Part shown: positions 62,296-64,000 of the stretch, piece by piece
How the letters are laid out: every line of letters begins with the position of its first letter
Numbering within the stretch: position 1 is the stretch's first letter
Source: an uncultured Verrucomicrobiae bacterium
Lineage (GTDB): Bacteria; Verrucomicrobiota; Verrucomicrobiia; Limisphaerales; UBA11358
Direction: 5' to 3'
Length of the DNA stretch: 64,000 nt
Assembly: GCA_963708525.1 (NCBI GenBank)
Contig: CAVPTH010000028.1
Location: 16,873 to 80,872, forward strand
Notes under the pieces: model-generated
Databases searched by the model: none
What the model was told of the DNA's origin: nothing
What the model saw: only the letters and a program-made list of their open reading frames with translations
Translations under genes and position numbers: made by a program

Positions 62296-62402
62296 TCATA
62301 ACGCCTTCACCGCGATATCACGGCAGAAATGAGGGCCGTTGTCGTGAATTTTCTCCACAGCGGCGTAAGCTGCAGCTTCGCGGCTTTCAAATCCCTGCCC
62401 AG
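62296..62402 (-). pseudogene. Diverged duplicate of the purD 3' end
   Basis: Reads LGRDLKAA..AAYAAVEKIHDNGPHFCRDIAVKAL* vs purD LGKDLKAAQKAAYAVVEKICFEGVQFRRDIAAKAL*. Confidence 0.75.
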
Positions 62403-62416
62403 CCTCGTCGGCCCAA

Positions 62417-62522
62417 CCAAAGCGCCAGAGGGCTGGCGCACTCCACGAAGCTCCGCGCATTTCGAGCGTCGCCGCCGAACGCGCCAGCGTTTTGGACTGC
62501 GGCGGCCCTCCGCCGCTTTCCC
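62417..62522. repeat. Palindromic repeat (AAAGCG…CACTCCA / TGGACTGC…CGCTTT)
   Basis: aaagcgccagagggctggcgcactcca … ttggactgcggcggccctccgccgcttt. Confidence 0.7.
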
Positions 62523-62542
62523 ACGCAATGCTCCAAAACAGT

Positions 62543-62635
62543 GTAGGAGACGACGTGAGGAGTCTCTAACTGAATGGAACCTCGTTCGCGTCGTTCGCGT
62601 TCGGTAAGTCTGAGTCTCGTCACCTCGACTCCTAC
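62543..62635. repeat. REP-like doublet GTAG…CTAC
   Basis: gtaggagacgacgtgaggagtctc … gagtctcgtcacctcgactcctac. Confidence 0.78.
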
Positions 62636-63925
62636 AAAGCTTTAGCTGCGATATCGCGGCGGAATTGCACGCCTTCGAAACAAATTTTTTCGACAACAGC
62701 GTATGCAGCCTTTTGTGCGGCCTTCAGATCCTTGCCCAACGCCGTAACGCCGAGAACTCGACCGCCGTTCGTGACCACCTGGCCATCTTTTGATGCCGTG
62801 CCGGCATGAAAAACTTTCGTGTTCGGCAGCTTGGCAACTTCGGCCAGGCCGAGGATCGGTTTGCCTTTTGGATAACTGCCCGGATAACCGCCGCTCGCCA
62901 TTACCACGCACACACTCGCTTCCGGTTTCCACCTCAATTCCATTTTGCCCAGCGTCCCGCTCACACTGGCATCGAGCAGTTCGACCAGATCATTTTCCAA
63001 TCGCGTGAGATAAACCTGCGTTTCCGGATCGCCGAAGCGAGCATTGAATTCCAGAACCTTCGGGTCCGGACTTCGTCAGCATGATGCCGGGATAGAGGAT
63101 GCCACGGAAATCAATCCCCTCCGCCGCGCATCCGCGCATGAAAGGCTCCAGGATCTTGCGGCCGGTTTCCGCCAATTCCTTTTCGCTCAGGAATGGCGTC
63201 GGCGAATAGGTGCCCATGCCGCCAGTGTTCAGGCCCTGGTCGCCATCCAGCGCGCGCTTGTGGTCCTGCGACGTCGGGAACAGTTTGGCGGTCTTGCCGT
63301 CGCACAACGCGTGCAACGAAATTTCCATCCCTTCCAGAAACTCCTGAATGACAATCGTTCGCACCGGCCACTCCAAAAGCCTTGCTGACCAGGATTTCGT
63401 CGATGGCCTTGTTCGCTTCGGTGGTGCTCATGCAGATAAGAACGCCTTTGCCTAATGCCAATCCATCAGCTTTCACGGCACATTTACCACTAAGCGATGC
63501 CGCGAAGGCCTTTGCAGGCCCTGCCTCCGAAAATGTTCCGGCCCGGGCGGTGGGTATGCCGTATTTCTCCATGAAGGTTTGGGAGAACACCTTGGACGAT
63601 TCAAACTGCGCCGCTTTTTGGTTCGGGCCCCAAATTCGCAGGCCATTTTTCTGAAACAAATCCACGATGCCGCAGCGCGAGCGGGTTATCCGGGCCGACC
63701 ACTGTAAGCTCGATTTTCTTTTCCTGCGCAAACGCCAGGAGTCCGGGCAAATCTTCGGCGCTGATATTCACGCACTCAACGAGCTTCCCTGTTTTCTCCG
63801 TTCGTTCCTGTTGAATTCCGGCGTTGCCCGGCGCGCACCACAGTTGCGTGACGTGCGGTGATTGCGCGAGTTTCCACACCAATGCGTGTTCACGTCCACC
63901 CGAACCGATGACCAGGAGTCTTCAT
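62632..63925 (-). CDS. purD: Phosphoribosylamine-glycine ligase (several frameshifts)
   Basis: GSGGREHAL, APGNAG, KADGLALGKGV, QDHKR…NTGGMG, RFGDPE, FHAGT, GGRVL. Confidence 0.92.
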
Positions 63926-64000
63926 TTCAACCGCAGATTACGCGGCCTGCCGCGGCGAAGCAATGCGAAGCCGGGATGACGCGGATTGAAAAATAAAAAA

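Noticed and set aside
1-64000. CRISPR array, tRNA or rRNA genes
   Set aside because: No regularly spaced direct repeats with unique spacers, no cas genes, and no cloverleaf or rRNA signatures found by eye.

Overview
A GC-rich bacterial chromosomal segment. Gene style (ECF sigmas with long C-terminal extensions, DUF1559-like domain, FFR-motif surface domain, GTAG/CTAC palindromes) suggests Verrucomicrobiota; this taxonomy is inference. The left part has housekeeping genes (lemA, hisC, split pta, rnpB, rpoD, ribF, truB, nrnA, rbfA, infB, nusA). It also has a K+ uptake operon led by a c-di-AMP (ydaO-type) riboswitch: two micro-peptides, kdpABC, a kinase-less KdpD and a KimA-like APC transporter. 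The centre (~29.7-53 kb) is a ~23 kb candidate extracellular electron transfer island with 39 heme-binding motifs counted. It holds hemA, two paralogous 9-heme cytochromes, an 8-heme MtrA-like lipoprotein, an MtrB-like porin, two monoheme cytochromes, a tetraheme/FeS/NrfD (CbcSTU-like) module, a 7-heme ImcH-like protein, System II ccsB/ccsA, rhodanese and MauE/DoxX. A low-GC element bounded by inverted repeats interrupts the island and carries a DUF3800 gene plus a candidate structured RNA. The right part has rho, two extended ECF sigmas, a PemK/MazF toxin-antitoxin pair, a LMW-phosphatase-RpiB-GlyA fusion, a probably inactive S41 protein and purD. Intergenic spaces carry two repeat families: GTAG...CTAC REP-like doublets and short-period (6-9 bp) inverted tandem-repeat cassettes, one enclosing a four-helix-bundle gene. 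Many genes, including glyA-fusion and purD, have single-base frameshifts, most likely sequencing or assembly indels. No tRNA, rRNA or CRISPR array was seen. All calls come from motif recognition by eye, not database searches.
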